DNA of 64,000 nt from an uncultured Actinomycetota bacterium (GTDB lineage: Bacteria > Actinomycetota > Actinomycetes > JAFAQI01). Both the position numbers and the translations under genes were made by a program. The notes beneath the pieces were generated by a model. That model worked only from the letters and a program-made list of their open reading frames with translations, did not search any database and was not told the DNA's origin. The stretch is taken from positions 1-64,000 of the forward strand of contig CAVYQE010000010.1 in NCBI GenBank assembly GCA_963770565.1. The letters run 5' to 3'. This document shows positions 60,627 through 64,000 of the stretch, one piece after another (position 1 is the stretch's first letter; each line of letters opens with the position of its first letter).

Positions 60627-61409
60627 GTGGCCGGCCTGCTCGCCCTGATCGGGCTTTTCGGTCTCGCCATCGGCTCGTTCCTCAACGTTGTCATCTGGCG
60701 GGTGCCGCGCGGCGAGTCGGTTGCCCGCCCGCCGTCGCACTGCCCGTCCTGCGACGTGTTGATCAGCCACCGCGACAACGTGCCGGTGCTGTCGTGGCTG
60801 TTCCTTCGGGGCCGATGCCGCAACTGCAACGCCAGGATCTCGATCCGCTATCCGCTGGTGGAACTTGCGACCTGCGCCCTGTTTGTTGCGTTCGGGATTC
60901 GGTTCGGGATCCACGCGGATCTGTTTGCGTACCTGTACCTGGCCGCGGTCGGCATTGCGCTGGCAATGATCGACATCGATCTGCTGCGCCTTCCGGATGC
61001 GCTCACCCTCCCGTCGTACCCGGTTGGCCTAGCGCTGCTCGGGATCGCCGCATGGGTCGACAACGCCCCTCACGCCTTCGTACGGGCCCTGCTGGGGATG
61101 GCTGCCCTAGCAGCCTTCTACGCCCTTGTATGGCTGATCTACCCGGCCGGAATGGGCTTCGGAGACGTGAAGCTGGCCGGCCTGGTGGGCCTCTATCTCG
61201 CCTGGCTCGGCTGGGACCAGCTCGTCGTAGGGGCATTTGCCGCGTTTGTCGTCGGTGCGGTCGCGAGCGTCGGCATCGTGGCGGTCAAGGGCGGCAACCG
61301 CAAGACCCGGGTGCCATTCGGTCCGTTCATGTTGATCGGGCTCCTGATCGGGATTTATGCGGGTCACCCGATTGCCCACGCATACACCCATTTCACTTCT
61401 GGATCTTGA
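60627..61409 (+). CDS. pilD: Prepilin peptidase (A24)
   Basis: GSFLNVVIWRVP, CPSC..CRNC, IDID, GMGFGDVKL, PFGPF. Confidence 0.93.
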   Translation: MAGLLALIGLFGLAIGSFLNVVIWRVPRGESVARPPSHCPSCDVLISHRDNVPVLSWLFLRGRCRNCNARISIRYPLVELATCALFVAFGIRFGIHADLFAYLYLAAVGIALAMIDIDLLRLPDALTLPSYPVGLALLGIAAWVDNAPHAFVRALLGMAALAAFYALVWLIYPAGMGFGDVKLAGLVGLYLAWLGWDQLVVGAFAAFVVGAVASVGIVAVKGGNRKTRVPFGPFMLIGLLIGIYAGHPIAHAYTHFTSGS

Positions 61410-61451
61410 ACGGGCCCTAGCCCGACCGGACCAATTTCCGGCCTCCGTCTG

Positions 61452-61478
61452 CTCAAGAAGCGCCGTGTCCTTACCGAT
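61452..61478 (+). promoter_or_regulatory. Sigma-28-type promoter of pilMNO
   Basis: CTCAAG-N15-ACCGAT(CT). Confidence 0.6.
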
Positions 61479-61547
61479 CTGGTCCTTTGACAGACAACCA
61501 GACCGCGTAAGCGCTCGGGTGTTGCTCGCGTACGGGAGGACGAACCA

Positions 61548-62627
61548 GTGGCAGGACGAACTGCGGTTGGTCTCGACATCGGGACCTCCGGTGTCCGCGC
61601 AGCCGAACTCGCGTTCGGCAAGGGACCGGCGACGCTTATGCGATTCGGCCAGGTGGCGCTCCCGCAAGGAGCGGTACGCGATGGCGAGGTGGTCGACCCA
61701 CAGCTGGTCGCCGATGCGATCAAGCACCTGTGGTCGACGGCGAAGTTCTCGTCGAAGAACGTAGTGCTCGGCGTCGCCAACCAGAAGGTGATCGTCCGTC
61801 AGGTCGATCTGCCCTGGATGCCCGCGGACGAGCTGCGCAAGTCACTGCCCCTGCAGGTGCAGGACTTCCTGCCGATCCCGATCGAGCAGGCGATCCTCGA
61901 CTTCCACCCGATCTCCGAGGTGACCGGCGAGGGTGGCAACCGGATGCTGCGGGTGCTCGTCGTCGCCGCGGCTCGTGACATGATCCTCACCGCCCTCGAG
62001 TCCGTGAAGCGAGCCGGACTGCGGGCCACCCAGGTCGACCTCACCCCGTTCGCCGTGCTTCGCGCGCTCGGCCGGGTCGACGAGGTCGGCGGTGCGCCGG
62101 GATCGCAGAGCGGGACCGAAGCGCTTATCGACGTCGGGGCGAAGGTCACCAACATCGTCATCCACCAGAACGGCAACCCGCGCTTCGTCCGCATCCTGCT
62201 GATGGGCGGCGACAACATCACCGACGCCGTCAGCGAGCGGCTCGGTGTCCCGTTCGACCAGGCAATCGCGGTCAAGCAGCAGGTCGGGATGTCTCCGGTT
62301 CGCGGCGACGCGATGAGCGACCACCCGGCGGCTCGAGTGATCGAGGCCTCGGCCGGCTCGTTCGTCGAAGAGGTCCGCGGTTCGCTTGACTACTACCTCG
62401 CGCAGCCGTCGTCCGTTCCGCTGACGCGCATCGTTCTTTCCGGTGGCGGCGCCCGCCTCACCGGTCTTGGCCAGCGGCTCGCCGCTGCCACTCGTCTCCC
62501 GGTTGAGCCAGGTGTCGCTACCGCGGCACTGAAGATCGGCAAGACCGGACTCACCGAAGAGCAACTGAGCTACGTCGAGCCGCAGATCGCAGTGCCGGTC
62601 GGACTCGCACTGGGGGTGGCGTCGTGA
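61548..62627 (+). CDS. pilM: Type IV pilus assembly protein PilM
   Basis: VGLDIGTSGVR, LIDVGAKVT, LSGGGARL, VGLALG. GGAGG RBS. Confidence 0.93.
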   Translation: MAGRTAVGLDIGTSGVRAAELAFGKGPATLMRFGQVALPQGAVRDGEVVDPQLVADAIKHLWSTAKFSSKNVVLGVANQKVIVRQVDLPWMPADELRKSLPLQVQDFLPIPIEQAILDFHPISEVTGEGGNRMLRVLVVAAARDMILTALESVKRAGLRATQVDLTPFAVLRALGRVDEVGGAPGSQSGTEALIDVGAKVTNIVIHQNGNPRFVRILLMGGDNITDAVSERLGVPFDQAIAVKQQVGMSPVRGDAMSDHPAARVIEASAGSFVEEVRGSLDYYLAQPSSVPLTRIVLSGGGARLTGLGQRLAAATRLPVEPGVATAALKIGKTGLTEEQLSYVEPQIAVPVGLALGVAS

Positions 62628-63310
62628 CCACGCAGACCGAGCTGACGGCGGGCGTTGCGGCGATGCCGCGCGTCAACCTCATGCCGCCGGAGATCGCGGA
62701 GGCCGAGCGCTTCCGCCGGCTTCAGCTGGCGATGGGTGCCGCAGTCGTTGCCTCCGTCGTCGTCGTGGGCGGACTCTACGTCCACGCCAAGAGCGGAATC
62801 TCCTCGGCTCGCGCCCAGGTGACCCAGGCGCAGGCCGACCAGACGTCGCTGCAGACGAAGCTGGACGGCCTGGCCAGCGTCCGGCAGACCTTTGCCGAGG
62901 TGCTGGGCAAGCAGCAGTTGCTGCAGGCCGCCATGGGTCAGGAGATCCGTTGGTCCTACGTGCTCAACGACCTGTCGTTGCGGGTGCCGAGCAACGTCTG
63001 GCTGACCGGTGTTTCGGCGAGCGAGATCACGACCGGGGTCGGCGCACCTGGCTCGAGCACGGCCACTGTGCTGCCCGGGGCTCCGCTCGACGACATCGGA
63101 ACAGTGTCGTTCGCGGGCGTGGGCTTCAAGCACGACGACGTCGCGGCCTGGCTCAACTCCATCGCCAAGGAGCGGGGCTTCAGTGACCCGACCTTCAGTG
63201 CTTCGACCGAGAATGCGATCGGCTCACGCCCGGTCGTCACCTTCGGCAGCACGGCGGTCTTGACCTCCAAGGCATTGTCCAACCGATTCGTCCAGAAGGC
63301 GGGCAGCTGA
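62624..63310 (+). CDS. pilN: Type IV pilus assembly protein PilN
   Basis: RVNLMPPE motif, one TM, coiled coil, PSNVWLT. Confidence 0.88.
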   Translation: MTTQTELTAGVAAMPRVNLMPPEIAEAERFRRLQLAMGAAVVASVVVVGGLYVHAKSGISSARAQVTQAQADQTSLQTKLDGLASVRQTFAEVLGKQQLLQAAMGQEIRWSYVLNDLSLRVPSNVWLTGVSASEITTGVGAPGSSTATVLPGAPLDDIGTVSFAGVGFKHDDVAAWLNSIAKERGFSDPTFSASTENAIGSRPVVTFGSTAVLTSKALSNRFVQKAGS

Positions 63311-63311
63311 C

Positions 63312-64000
63312 ATGACCAAGACACGCCAATGGTCGGTGTTCACGGCGATTGCCGTGCTTGCCGTCCTCGCGGTCGGCTGGTTCCTGCTGGTCAAGCCGCA
63401 GAACTCCAAGGTCACCAGCCTGAAGTCTCAGGCTGCGAGCCAGCAGGCGAGCAACCAGCTCCTTGTGTCGCAAATCGCAACGCTGCAGTCCGAGGAGAAG
63501 CAGCTTCCGCAGCAGCAGCAGGCTCTGCAGAAGTTCGCCACGCAGGTGCCGACCGACGCCTCCGAGCCGATGATCATCCGGCAGCTCTCTGCGGCCGCGG
63601 CGGGCTCAGGGGTCGACCTCGTGTCGATCACCCCTGGTGCGCCGACGGCGGTGGCGGCCACTGCGACCGCAGTGGGCGGCAGCGCGCTGACCCCGGCGGC
63701 GAGCACTGGCTCCACGCTCGTGCAGCTGCCGATCTCGCTCGGCATCACCGGCACCTTCCCGAACGTGGAGTCGTTCTTCCAGTCGCTGGAGAAGCTGCCG
63801 CGAGCCCTGCTGGTCACCGGCTGGTCGCTCTGCCCCGACCCGGACACCAGTGCGGGGTCAGGCGGATCGGTGAGTTGCGCTCTCCCGGCGACCCCGACTG
63901 GCGACACCCTGCCGACTAACGCACTGGGCGGTGTTCTCACGGCCTACGTGTTCTATGCGCCCCCGGCCAGTGCAACCACGACGGTTGCGCCGGGCGTCAC
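63312..64000 (+). CDS. pilO: Type IV pilus assembly protein PilO, truncated by the window end
   Basis: Not in the ORF track (no stop in the window). MTKTRQW..GWFLLVKPQ, coiled coil, QVP, ITGTFPNVESFFQSLEKLPR. Confidence 0.82.
   Translation, partial: MTKTRQWSVFTAIAVLAVLAVGWFLLVKPQNSKVTSLKSQAASQQASNQLLVSQIATLQSEEKQLPQQQQALQKFATQVPTDASEPMIIRQLSAAAAGSGVDLVSITPGAPTAVAATATAVGGSALTPAASTGSTLVQLPISLGITGTFPNVESFFQSLEKLPRALLVTGWSLCPDPDTSAGSGGSVSCALPATPTGDTLPTNALGGVLTAYVFYAPPASATTTVAPGV

Noticed and set aside
35000-64000. Mobile element or prophage origin for the accessory region
   Set aside because: No integrase, transposase, tRNA or att-like repeats seen in the window.

Overview
High-GC actinobacterial chromosomal segment; no rRNA, tRNA, CRISPR array or transposase was seen. 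(1) 1-11.8 kb: an aftD (DUF3367)-type cell-envelope glycan cluster resembling the mycobacterial Rv0224c-Rv0236A set (membrane protein, an unlisted 46-aa DUF2613-like peptide, GT4, methyltransferases, acyltransferase), with an MFS gene inside it. (2) 11.8-17.5 kb: methyltransferases plus a GT-C-like/GT2/flippase-like trio. (3) 17.6-35 kb: core genes rpsA, coaE, uvrB, uvrA, uvrC, rapZ, yvcK and whiA, plus an SDR, YjbR, a Tat phospholipase C, a TrmO-like protein and an MBL hydrolase. uvrB, uvrA and uvrC each carry a TGTC(G/C)G-N10-TANNNT (RecA-NDp/PafBC-type) promoter. (4) 35-64 kb: an accessory surface-appendage region with a kinase-less roadblock/DUF4388/small-GTPase (MglAB- or conservon-like) operon, a glycan biosynthesis cassette ending in an O-antigen-ligase-family gene that overlaps the pilB start, and a type IV pilus cluster (pilB, pilT, pilC, three pilins, modular minor pilins with IPT-like repeats and ricin-type lectin repeats, pilD, pilM, pilN, pilO). 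The main observation is that one sigma-28 (FliA/WhiG)-type motif, TCAA(G/T)-N14/15-(G/A)CCGAT, precedes six transcription units, including the GTPase operon and the ligase, and that a c-di-GMP-I riboswitch sits before the first pilin. This suggests one co-regulated system of a glycosylated, lectin-tipped, GTPase-controlled pilus. pilB, pilC and the end of pilT carry many single-base indels that are probably sequencing errors. All family assignments come from reading motifs by eye, not from database searches.
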